A DNA stretch of 64,000 nt from Octopus bimaculoides (Eukaryota). The translations under genes and the position numbers were made by a program. The stretch is from contig NC_068981.1 in the NCBI RefSeq assembly GCF_001194135.2, positions 146,753,102-146,817,101 on the forward strand, in the 5' to 3' direction. Under the pieces are notes generated by a model. It was not told the origin of the DNA, did not search any database, and was given only the letters and a program-made list of their open reading frames with translations. Shown here in pieces: positions 28,319 through 40,654 of the stretch (its first letter is position 1; each line of letters starts with the position of its first letter).

Positions 28319-28838
28319 CTGAAATACAAAGGAAGTAAAGCAACATAGAACACTATTACTATAGAGATAAAATTAACAAATGTAAAGATATACGTATGTA
28401 AACTGAAGGGATCTTTGGAGTAAGATCAACAGGACACATAACTCAACCAGGGAGAGAGCTCAACAGGAAGCATAGGTCAGAGACCAGGATGTCTCCCCAA
28501 GTCAAGCTACCACTTCTCCACATTCAGAGATCACAGCTATGGTACTATGAATATGTGGTTAGAGTGTCACAAAAAAGAATCACAAGAATCATCAAGCCAA
28601 GCCAACAAGTAGGAGACCTAGGGGTAGACCAAGAAGGAGATTAAAAAAAAAATTTTTTATGTTATCTAGTTTCAGCTCAAGAGCTGTGGCCATGCTGGGG
28701 CAATATCCATAATCTCATTTGGTCATGCTTGGGAATCCAACTTCTGAAAGGATCTGATAGAAAAGGCACCTCATATCTTTAACCCCTTGACCCTCCTAGG
28801 AATAGTAGGCAGCAAAAATGAGTGAATGGGTGGATAGG

Positions 28839-29215
28839 ATACAATGAAACTCAAGTCTGAAACACAAAGGGAGTAAAACATAGCAAAATATTTTATCATA
28901 TAGATGAAATTAACAAAATTAAAAATATTACTGGCTAATAAATGTTATATCATTATTAGCAAAGCTTATCAGAAGCCAATTTAGAATGCCACCACAATTG
29001 AAACTATTTTGATACACCAGGGGATGCTTGGCCAATAACTTGATAAAGTACATCTGCTTAGTAAGTCTGCATTCCATGAAATAGTTATGTGGTGAACAAC
29101 TGAAGCATAGTTAAGAGTATGTGAAAGAAATGTTTGTAAAATTTGCTGAACTTTTATAGGTTTGGTAGATCATGTTATCTCTGATTCAGCTGACCTATGA
29201 TTAACGGTATCTTAA
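28839..29215 (-). pseudogene. Relic exon-8 copy: intact acceptor, about 18 nt of exon start and about 360 nt of upstream intron
   Basis: ctccctttgtgtttcag|ACTTGAGTTTCATTGTAT matches the 8a start ttcctttgtatttcag|ACTTGAGCTTCATTATAT. 28857-29215 aligns by eye to 36276-36660. The reading frame then hits TAG after about 20 codons. Confidence 0.75.
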
Positions 29216-29499
29216 CTGTGATTATCCTATTTATTTCTGAAGCTCTGGGTAGAAGGACTGACCACAGCGGTTAGTGTAGGGCTGGAGATTAGACACAAGT
29301 GTGATGAGAGCAGGAAAGACAAGTGGGTCAGAAGTACCTAAGTGGAGGTAGCATGAACCCAACAAGTTCCAAGGATCGGAAACCAATTTTGTAACTGTAG
29401 AAAAGGTAGAGAAAGGAGACTTCATGCTTGTGGGCCAGAGGCTGGAATGTGATTGTGAGTGACTTTATGTAAATCATTCCAACAGCTCTTTTCTGAATG

Positions 29500-29745
29500 T
29501 GGTCTTGTGTGTTATTTCTTTACTACCCACAAGGGGCTACACACTGAGGGGACAAACAAGGACAGACAAACGGATTAAGTCGATTATATCGACCCCAGTG
29601 CATAACTGGTACTTATTTAATCGATCCCGTAAGGATGAAAGGCAAAGTCAACCTCGGCGGAATTTGAACTCAGAACGTAGCGGCAGACGAAATACTACTA
29701 AGCATTTCGCCAGGCGTGCTAACGTTTCTGCCAGCTCATCACCAT
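29500..29745. mobile_element. SINE-like family C; other copies at about 19080-19280, 30890-31000, 46780-46995, 51370-51582, 56150-56540
   Basis: Repeated aactggtacttattttatcgacccc.aaaggatgaaaggcaaagtcaacctcggcggaatttgaactcagaac. Confidence 0.8.
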
Positions 29746-29754
29746 GTGGTCGTG

Positions 29755-29844
<90 letters not shown>

Positions 29845-30019
29845 TGCGTACGTGTGTGTGAGTGTGTGTGTGTGTGTGTGCACGCATGCACAAGAGCAGC
29901 TTCACAGATATGAAGGTATTACTCCACAGTGGGTCTCACTTATGCTTTATAGAATGTTGATAGTTGTTGGGAGCTGAAAATCTTCTCGCTCTGAAGAGAA
30001 CAGCTAGTAATAAGATACA

Positions 30020-30640
30020 GGCCTAAGAGTGTGTAGGCTGAGATTTTATGTTTGGAAGAGATTTACTGAGTGTGCACAGTATGGAGTTGGTTGCAAAGTG
30101 AGCAGCAAAGGTGGAAGCTATCATTGTGGTGTCAAGATTACATGTAGATAATGCATGGATGAGGAAGATTATGGGACAACGAAGATAAGTATCATTTACA
30201 TAAGGATAAGTGACGTTGGATGTGATGATGGTAAGAAGGTCATTGATATGGAGAAGGAATAGAGTGGAAGACAAGACTAATCCTTGGGGAACCATCAGAG
30301 TTGATAGAACAAGAGACATAAAAAGCTCTGTCAATATACACTGAAATAGTGTGATCTGACAGAAAGCAACTGAACCAAGAGATGAAAGATGGGTTTAGCC
30401 CAAAGACAGGCACTTTCAATAAGAGATTTGCATTCTAGGCATGGTCAAAAACATTTCTGATGTTGCGGATGACAACACTGCTTCCACTAAATTTCTTCAA
30501 AGTGAGAACCCACTGAGAAGTAGGTTAGCAGTGGATATGGCTGTTCTGCTCATGGTCATTAGAGTGAGAAGTATGATAGGGGAACAGAGAGAAGAGAAAG
30601 GGATTCAAGGAGCTGAAGAACATTTTTGTTAATAGATGTC
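30020..30640 (-). mobile_element. LINE RT fragment
   Basis: NIRNVFDH..LLLKVPVFGL..FISWFSCFLSD and VPQGLVLSSTLFLLHINDL; degenerate. Confidence 0.8.
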
Positions 30641-33615
30641 TCCACTAGAAGTGAGTACAACTATGTGATAGTTGCTTTCTTTGTAGCCTGTTTCCAAAGA
30701 TCAGAATAATCCTAGTAGAAAGTAAGATATAGGATGTAAATCTACAAACTTTGAAGGAAAGGAGAGAAAATTGCTCAAAAGATTATTTTGGGTTTTTGCC
30801 AATTGAAGAAGAGTAGGGAGATAATTCATTGCTTGATCATGGCAACCTTCTGCCAGAGGACAGACCAAATGCTTGCTACAGAGCAAACACCATTTAAGGC
30901 AAAGTTGACCTTGGTGGAATTTGAACCCAGAATGTGAAGGTGGACGAAATACCACTAAGCATTTCACCCAGCATGCTAATGATTCTGCCAACTCACTGTC
31001 TTAATAATAGTAGTAATAATAATAACAGTAATGATAGCTGTAGTAGCAATAGTAGGAACAATAGGAACAAGAGCAGCAGTAACAGTATTAGTAATAGTAT
31101 CAGTAGTTGTAGCAGCAGCAGAAGTAGCAGTGGTAATGGTATCAGTAGCAGAAGACACCAGTATATCTGTTTGTTTAATGAATTTTGTGTAGTCTATTTT
31201 CAACCAACTTATTTCTTGATTTACATTAAACTTTCTGATATTCAGTTGCAAATGTTGATGAGGAGCAACTAAAGGATGTATCCACTTCAATGTTGTTGTC
31301 ATACATCGTTGTTGATTTACTTAGGTGAATATCATGCAATAACAGGGAATAATTCAGGCAGATAAACAAAAAGTTAAGGTAGTGACACTGTTGAGAGAAT
31401 CAGAGGCCGGCAGTGAGTAGGGATTTGGTGGTAAAATAAAACAAAACCATCTTGGATTGTAATTATATAGGAAATTATCAAGGATTGATTCAGATTTTAA
31501 AGATGGAAATTAGATATTCAGCAGTAGATGAAAACAAAACAAAAAAAAAAAAAAACATTACATTAGTAATCTGATTGGTAGATGTTTACTTGGGTCAGTA
31601 ATTAGTTAATATCATAGTTAATAAACAATAAGATTCTGGTTTATTGCCTATAAGCAACAAACCAATTAGGCAAATTTTCGCCATTTGTGGAAAACAATAC
31701 ATCTGGTGCTGAGATTACTGTTACATTTCAGGATAAGATAATATACAGTGGTTGAACATGTGTGGATTGAGAAGTGAAGGATCAGTTGTATTTACTATAT
31801 GGCATTGTTTTATTTTGATTTCTTTGTGATTAAAAGAATACTACACTCTTCTGCTTGTCTCAATTATTCAGGATAATTTTGTGTGTAGTAATTACATGGA
31901 ATGCATGTAGTGTGAGCATTTGTTAAAATGGGTCTGTTTTGTTTTGTTTATAATCAAAGGAACGTTAGTAAAATAGAACCACTTTCTTCACAACATTATA
32001 ACTTGAAGAGATTATACATTTAAAATATTATTTTATTAAATATATATATTATAGTATAGATGTGTAAAAACCAAAACTTCCTTTTTTAGAGCTGAGATTC
32101 GAAACCGAATCTAAGGATTCTCACTCATCTGATCTACCACTGGCCAAACAGGGGCAAAAGAAATTTCTTTGTCCTGTCAAAAAATGTTAGATAGTTTCCC
32201 TTCGACCTTAGCCATGTCATTTAAGGTTCAAGTGGACAGGAGGTGACCTACATAGGTAGGAATTTCTCCTGTGGTATGTCTGCCCTTCTAGCTGTCATGA
32301 TCATTATAAATACAGCAATCCATCAAGGAAAGCAGACAGAGACAGACGGAGAGAGAGAGATAGCCATGAGACAGCCAGCCAGTAACTTCACCAGTTAAAC
32401 AGATATTCAACATGAATGACAGTAGCAGTCACAGAACATAAACAGACACCACTGAATGACCAATGCACACACAGACGCAAAATATGTCCAGTTCTACCCT
32501 ATCATGTCAACACAGTATTTACCCTGTTAATTTCCTTTCGACCAGCTGGAAGCAGTTCATAATGTGATATAGTGAAATATTTGGTGTATACAACAAGTAA
32601 ATGCAAGTGTCATTTAAATAAATTATTTAAACGGCAATCCAATGTTTTCCCATTGTTTTACTTTGATATCGTCCACATGCCTATTTCAACTGCTACCTCA
32701 ACATCTTTTGCTACACCTTTCCCACTACAGATGTATTTAATAACAAATCACAGATTCTGTCCATGAAAACGAATTTTAAAAATATTGATTCAAACGACAG
32801 AAGATACAAGTAATTCTCTAAAGTACAGATTTCTATGTTTAAACAGAAATTACAACTGTGTGCAAAAAAAAAAAAACGAAATTTCACAGCCTAATTCCCC
32901 CCACCCCCAATTATTTCCCTTCTCAATATGACCTTTAAGCTAAGACTCTGTATCCTAACTCTAACTGACCTGCACCAGTTCTTCCTAAGAGAATTTTAAT
33001 CCTCTACTTTAGGCAAAGGAAAAACACATTCACCATCTTGTTGTTAATGATCCAGAAAACACCTACTTCTGGTGAGGCAAATACTTTCACTTTCTTGCAA
33101 TCTTGGAAACAAAGAAGGGTTGTTTCTTATTTAGAAAACACATCATTGAGAATTGTCAGTGAAATATAAATNNNNNNNNNNNNNNNNNNNNNNNNNNNNN
33201 NNNNNNNNNNNNNNNNNNNNNNNNNNNNNNNNNNNNNNNNNNNNNNNNNNNNNNNNNNNNNNNNNNNNNNNNNNNNNNNNNNNNNNNNNNNNNNNNNNNN
33301 NNNNNNNNNNNNNNNNNNNNNNNNNNNNNNNNNNNNNNNNNNNNNNNNNNNNNNNNNNNNNNNNNNNNNNNNNNNNNNNNNNNNNNNNNNNNNNNNNNNN
33401 NNNNNNNNNNNNNNNNNNNNNNNNNNNNNNNNNNNNNNNNNNNNNNNNNNNNNNNNNNNNNNNNNNNNNNNNNNNNNNNNNNNNNNNNNNNNNNNNNNNN
33501 NNNNNNNGTTATTCTATGCAAAATGGGTGTTTAACAATCCATTAGTTGAAAGCTTTTATTACCACAATGGATGGTTTTACACATGAACAGAAAACTTATG
33601 ATAAACTTTTATTAT

Positions 33616-33663
<48 letters not shown>

Positions 33664-33910
33664 CACTGTACCAAAAGCTACACCTGAGCAGAAACAAAAG
33701 ATGTAATTATTGTAGTTAGAATCAATTTGAATAAAGTTTTGGTATCTTGAAGCAACTTCCAAAAAGAGAGAAAAATTAAAAGTTTTAAAAAATAGAAATT
33801 TATTTAAAGTAAAAGAAAATCAGAATCACAGCTAAATTTAAAATTCATGCATCTGTAAATATATTCATAAACGCACGCAGAATTTCTTACATATAAAAAT
33901 TTACTTTCAG

Positions 33911-34293
33911 GTGAAAGTGACACAGCAGATGAAGGAGCTGGTCTAATATGATATCACCCTTTATCCAAGACAGTGGGTGATCAACAAATAAGATGAAAGT
34001 CACATCAATGAACTTTAAACAGATAAATATATCACTGAAATATTTAGAAATGCAAAATCAGAAACATTATATGTAAATTCACAGACAAATAATAAAATCA
34101 AACTACTGAAGGATGAATTCTGGGATCATGTAACTAGATTGACAGCTTATTCATTCAAGGCTTACTTTTCTCAACAGGATTAGAAACTTAGCACTTAAAG
34201 TATTGTGCTCACCATATTTAGTGCGTTAACAGTTACTTTACTAATTATTTTCAATGCTGATGTCATCCCTGAGTAATTTTTTTTCATTCATTA
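33911..34293 (+). repeat. Direct duplicate of 40663-41052
   Basis: About 340-380 bp, roughly 85-90% identical by eye, offset about 6.75 kb. Confidence 0.9.
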
Positions 34294-36028
34294 TGCTATG
34301 TTTAACACTTTCTTGAGTGTATTACTGTTCATACATAAGGTAATTCTTATATTACAGATCTGGTATGTACAGTAAAGACTTAATGACTATGCTTTCATAA
34401 GGAGGCCTACTGAGATGTCAGTTAACATGTCTTGTACTGTCACCATGCCAATCAAAGATTAGATTAATTTTTATGTTCAATTCATGCCTATTCTTAATTT
34501 TAAATTAACTGAGATAATTGTTTTATCAACTCATTTTGATATTTGAAATATATGGCAGAATGCAATGAGATAGAAACAATGGAAGTCCTAAAATCATGCA
34601 AAAAGATCAGGAAAGTAGTGGAACACAGCATCAAAGAAGAAGGAATAAAAGAAAATTTTAAAGACCCAGAATGGCTTAAGAAAGCCACAAAGATAATCAA
34701 AAGAATTGAAGAAACATATGTGGAAATGAGAAGAGAGAAGAGAGATGTGGATGAGGTAAAAACCATTGTGTTAAAATAGCTCACTTTCAAATTATGTATT
34801 CTCTAAGGATAGTGAAGTAAGCAGTGATAGAATCACAAATCATGTATTACTTTCTTTGACTCAATCTGCTTAGCTGATAATGTTAGTGATTCCAATTTCA
34901 GGGTTAAGTAATTACCACAGATGGTTGTGTGGTTACGGAGTTCACCTCACAACTGTGTAGTTTTGCATTTAATTCCACTGCACAGCACTTTGGGCAGGTG
35001 TCTTCTAGCTTTGAGTTGACTCAGTACTGTCTTAAGGTATGTTAAAGGCATACTGGGATTGCCGAGGGCTTTGTAGATCTAGGGTCTAATCCTGATCTAT
35101 TATACAGTGGTTTGCTTAAAAAAATAAGTCATTTCGAGCCCAGTGCACTGATTTACCTAGGGGCCTATAATGCTCCTTAGACAGTCATGAGTTGATCAAA
35201 ACCATGTGACTGGAATGTGGCAGACAGAAACTGTGCAGTGACCCATTTTGTGTGCATGCATGTGTATTTATGTGCATAAGTTGCACCATTTCATACAAAT
35301 GCCAGTAAGAAACACCAAAACAAATGATTCAAATGAAGTCTCTTGGATCAGGTTAGATATTTCTTTGCCATTATCACTGATAGAAAGCAAGTGATCCAGT
35401 GATTGGCTTGTTGGAAAACTGTAAAAAATGATACTGTTGTTTACAAATTGTTATATAAAATGTTAACAAAGCATATCAATTAGGAGAGGCAGCCAGCTAT
35501 AAATATATTTGTTTAATTAATTTGTATAAGAATATATAAATTTACAAAAATAAAACCATCTCAGTTAAACAAACTTAAGAAAACGTTTATTGAATTATAT
35601 CAAAAGAAGCACCAGAAAGGCAAGTATTTTAAGCAAGATAGTTAATATACAATAGACACTAAGATTAGCAAGCAACTCCAGTCAGCAAATCCAGACAAAA
35701 ACAACTCAATGATAAGAAGCTGCAGACATCAGTAAAATCTAGTTTCATTAAAAATATTAAGTGCTAAAAATAAAAAGAAACTGCTAGGTGATGTTATAAA
35801 CAGATAAAATGAGTTTGAAATGTGATGTTTTTACACACGATCATGCAAACCAAAGCAAGAAAGAATAGAATAGATATGTAGAGAAAGATAAAATCTATAT
35901 CATCAACTAATGAAAGCAAATGAAAACATGAGAATGTGCAGAAAAGTGTCCAACCAAAATGTTACATGCCAAGTAAAGAAGTGTTGTAATAATTATAGCA
36001 AGCACCAGAAAAAAACATTCCATTTTAC

Positions 36029-36275
36029 CTGGATTCTTTTAACACTTGATTTGGCTTCATTAAAATTTCTGATAGCCATGAATATAAAGAACAGCATACT
36101 AAATGATAGTATGTGCATCAGAGGGCGTATAATGAAAAGAGTTTCAGGGAATATCTTATTTCCCACTGTGTATATTATCACAACTGTTATATAAACAAGA
36201 AAGTAGTGAGCATCTAAACTGCATAAATGTATGGAACTCAAATATTTGGTCATCTTAATATAATGAAGCTCAAGT
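36029..36275 (-). CDS. ABCC4: ABCC4-like variable exon 8a, LELHYIKMTKYLSSIHLCSLDAHYFLVYITVVIIYTVGNKIFPETLFIIRPLMHILSFSMLFFIFMAIRNFNEAKSSVKRIQ
   Basis: 247 bp, tttcag acceptor, gtaaaa donor, phase 2-0, no stops. Ends in EAxxSVKRIQ, like the ABCC4 TM6 exit EAIVSIRRIQ. Confidence 0.92.
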
Positions 36276-37819
36276 CTGAAATACAAAGGAAGTAAAACAA
36301 AACAAAGTACCATTACTATAGAGATGAAATTAAAGATAAAATGTAAAGATATTAGTCATTTTGATAAGTATTGAATATTTCAACTGGTTATTAAATATTA
36401 TATTATGGTATCAAAGCTTATTACAATCCAATTCAGTATACCTCACTTCCTTTCCTCGTAATTAAAACCATATGAACATATCAAAAGCAGTTGGACTGAC
36501 AACCTAGTAAAGCACATCCATTTAGTGTCCCATGAATTAAGTGCATGGTGATGAATTGTAGCATGGTCTAAGACTAGATTAAAGAAATATTTATAAAAAT
36601 TTTCAAGATATTCATAGGTCTTCTAGATCAAGCCATTTTAATTTCATCTGATATGTGATCAAAAGAGTCCCACCTGTGATAATCCCTCAAGATGAGAAGT
36701 GGTAAATTCACAATTGCTCCCATTGTTATTACTTAGCTAAGGTCAACCTTTATCAGTCTTATGATCAAAGACACTCCCATTGTGACCACCCAGTTGTTTT
36801 AAAAAGTAAAAAAGACTCCCTTCAGTCATGAATGACCAAGAGATTGCACCAAGACAGTTCCTCTCCTAGGCACACAAGTCTTGGCATGATTGCTTATGGA
36901 AGACAAGCAGTTGCCCATGCATACCAGCCTCCCCCTCTCCACACCACCAATGTTATCAGCTCGGCACTAGTGACAATGATTCATTTCTACAGCTGAGTGA
37001 ACTGGAGCAGCATGAGATAAAGTGTCTTGCTCAAGAACACAACACACAGCCTGGCTCGGGAACTGAACTCACTACCTCATGATTGTGAGCCAGATGTTTC
37101 TAACCACTGAGCCATGAGCAAGTATGTGTAAGACTACATTATCTAATGTTTCCTTTCTTCAATTAAGACAGCAGGATGTGAATTAAGGGAGAATAGGTTG
37201 CTATTTCTAGATCATGTGACCACACTGATGCTCTTTTGTTGACTTGTGATAGCAAGAGTATTCCAGTGAAGAGCAGTGACCAGTTATTAGCTTTGAAAGA
37301 CATAATGATGGTACAATGTCACAAAACTACTATAATTAATGGGATATGTGATGCATTTGTCATTGTGTGCGATGTAGTCAACAGAGAAAGAAGAAAGTAG
37401 ATATTAATACATTACTAAAATAGAGACATTTACCATACAATATTTGAAGTTTTTTATATATATGAAAAAAAATGCTTTATTAAATACATGTATCAAAATA
37501 ACGTTTCACAGATTCAGGTGAACAGTTCATGAACATGAATTAAACAAATATTGATGATAGATGATAGACAACAGATAGTAAATAGCAGATGACAGTAGTA
37601 ATTTTCTAAAATGCAGCTGAGGGTCAGGTAGTGGATTGGATGATTCAATAAAACATCAAATAAAATGTCTGAAATATTAAGATACAGACTGTTTACATTC
37701 TGAGTTCAAGTCCCATTGAGATCTACTTGCTCTTTCATTCCTTCCAGGGAAGAAATATAAAGCATTCTACTCATGAATGGAATTATAATTGAAGACTAAC
37801 ATTTTTATGCATGAATATA

Positions 37820-38156
37820 CAGGCAAAATTAAGTCATCACTTATTGTGACTGCATGTGCTACAAGCACATATATTGCTAGAAACAGCATTTAAACCACTT
37901 ATAGCTGTGAAAAAACATATTTATACATATGCTGACAAGGTAGATAACAGTCCCATGAGTGAAGCGAAGCTAGAACACTGGACTGCACAGTTTCATCCCA
38001 AAGGATATTGTCAACAGTGTGCCTTCATCACTTTGATACAGTAAATTCCCTATATGAATGTCCTTTTTCACAGCTATAAGTGGTTTAACTGCTATTTCTA
38101 GTAATATATGTTTGTAGCACATACAGTCACAATAAGTGATGACTAAATTTTGCCTA
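37820..38156. mobile_element. Tc1/mariner-type MITE with TIRs of about 105 bp
   Basis: ta|caggcaaaattaagtcatcacttattgtgactg... is mirrored by ...cagtcacaataagtgatgactaaattttgccta|ta; TA flanks; explains the mirror ORFs 37856+ and 37970-. Confidence 0.8.
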
Positions 38157-39484
38157 TACAGTTTACATTGTACCCAGCTATCCACATTAATTTTATATAT
38201 GAATGAGTGTTTGGAGGGTATATTTGAGTGTATTTGGGATGCAGGGGCTCAGATAAATGTAGTACCTTTGCTACTTGTCAGCTGTACTTTGCCAGGGATG
38301 GTCAGGTGGATGGGCATCACTGGTCCTCATTCAGCTCCTAATTTCTTACTTGAGGGCTCTTAGCACCACACCCCAATGCCCCACTTCAACTGATGGGCTA
38401 AACTAAGTGAGGGGATGATGTTAACATTGCATCAATAAGCAAAAGGTATTTGGTAAAGTTTCCCACAGAGTCATCAGCTAGGATGTTGGAACCTACTCAG
38501 GTCAATGGCCTAGTGTTCGGGGGTCAAGGCATGTCACAAGTAGAGGCATGCGGTTGTGGCTAATAGCTTTGAGGGGAATGGGTGCTGCCAAGCTAACTTA
38601 CCCACGATATGTTTAGGATGATGGTAACCATACCAGAACCCATACCACATTGGTTGTCTCCAAGGTTAACATCAAAACGTGGACAGGTTTCAATTTTGTC
38701 AACTCACAGACAACAGCAGAAGACTGAGAAAAGTAGCAAAATCTGGTTGTGACATCATCAATGAATACCTCAATGACCACATGGTCAAGTGATAAGAAGA
38801 ATGGAATGAGGTATTTTAGTATATGTATGCATATATATGCATGTAGATATGTATAAATGTACAAATACACCCTCCTGGGTCTGGTCTTGTCATGTTCCAT
38901 AGATCCGGGAGAGCAATTACCATCTGGATCTTTACTCCTGGTAGGGACACCCTAGGTGGGCAAGTCTCCTGGGGAGGTTCCAGACTAACAGTCACCCACA
39001 GAATGTTGGCTCATTGCCAAGATGGCAGCCCCATCATCTGACTATTCTGCAGAGGACCAACAACCCACCCAGAAGAACTTTCAGCCTGTTGCAACACTGA
39101 CCAGAAGAAACCAGACTACCCAACATTGGTACAGACCCCTGCATGCCCCCAGACAATGAAAAATCAACTTACACTACAAAATTCATGTTGCTACATGGAA
39201 CCAGTATGTATAAATGTATATGTTTATATCTGTAAAGCCTCTATTTAGCACCAACTTTTGCAACCCTAACCCCTCTCATCTTCCTGGTAATCACTTTTCA
39301 GCTTTCACTCATCTCCCCACTCACTTCAACCATCTCATCTTTCTGTCAATCATACCTCTCCGTCCTTTGTCTCCCCAGCATCTATGAAGCTTGTAGTCTA
39401 TGAATGGCTGCACTTCATATCATTTCCTTTAGTCTCTCTCTCCATTTCTTTCACTACACTTACCTCTCTATTTCTCTGTCTATG

Positions 39485-39525
<41 letters not shown>

Positions 39526-39857
39526 CAAAATGAGATAACAAAACCAATGCTGTGAGGAGTTTTCAGNNNNNNNNNNNNNNNNNNNNNNNNNNNNNNNNNN
39601 NNNNNNNNNNNNNNNNNNNNNNNNNNNNNNNNNNNNNNNNNNNNNNNNNNNNNNNNNNNNNNNNNNNNNNNNNNNNNNNNNNNNNNNNNNNNNNNNNNNN
39701 NNNNNNNNNNNNNNNNNNNNNNNNNNNNNNNNNNNNNNNNNNNNNNNNNNNNNNNNNNNNNNNNNNNNNNNNNNNNNNNNNNNNNNNNNNNNNNNNNNNN
39801 NNNNNNNNNNNNNNNNNNNNNNNNNNNNNNNNNNNNNNNNNNNNNNNNNNNNNNNNN

Positions 39858-40051
39858 AGTATATTTGCCACTTAAATGTGGTTAAACCCTAAGGGTGAAT
39901 GTTACTGTTGGTTTTAGCCCCAGGAGAACATCTCCTCAAGCTGGCTATTGACACACATCAATAGCCAGCTGGAGGAGATGTTATTCTGGGGCTAAAAGCA
40001 ACAGTAACATTCACCCTTAGGGTTTAGCAGCATTTAAGTGGCAAATATACT
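39858..40051. repeat. Near-perfect palindrome (94-bp arms, 6-nt loop cacaca)
   Basis: 39858-39951 is the reverse complement of 39958-40051 with few mismatches; it abuts an N gap. Confidence 0.92.
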
Positions 40052-40103
40052 TCATGTTGTCGTGCAGTTACTGTTTATACTTCGTTCAGAGATTTAACAT
40101 TGT

Positions 40104-40154
<51 letters not shown>

Positions 40155-40609
40155 GCGTGCGCGCGCGTGTGTGAGTGTGCGTGTATGTGTATTATATGTA
40201 TGTATAGCATGTGTGTATGTGTGTGTGTCTGTGTGTATTCATCTATGTATTATACATAGTGTATATCCCATTGACAGGAAAGTTACTGCAGCTTTTTTCT
40301 GAGATAAAATCTCTTATGGTCATGCTGCATTTAAAAACACAATTATTATTGGAAGGAAACAAAAAAAATCATCTCGGCAGTGGCTGATGAGAATGCCACA
40401 TGCATTTCAGCTGTCTTAGGGCTTGTCAATGGTGTGTACTCCCAGACAATCACATGCCCAGATATAATTTGTTGCCTTTGAAAATAGTAAATAATACATT
40501 CCCTGGTATTGTAAATAGCTGCTGGGTTAGATAAAGTAGTATCATATTTACATTATTAGAAGATAAAATACAGTGGTTTCTGTCTGAGTTAAAATCTCTA
40601 ATGGAAATG

Positions 40610-40654
<45 letters not shown>

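Noticed and set aside
30934-31160. Ser/Asn-rich ORF
   Set aside because: Degenerate AAT/AGT/AGC trinucleotide repeat following a SINE tail.
8349-36275. Four tandem ABCC4 paralogous genes
   Set aside because: No copies of exons 5-7, 9 or 10 were found between the exon-8 copies, and the gaps are too small to hide whole genes.
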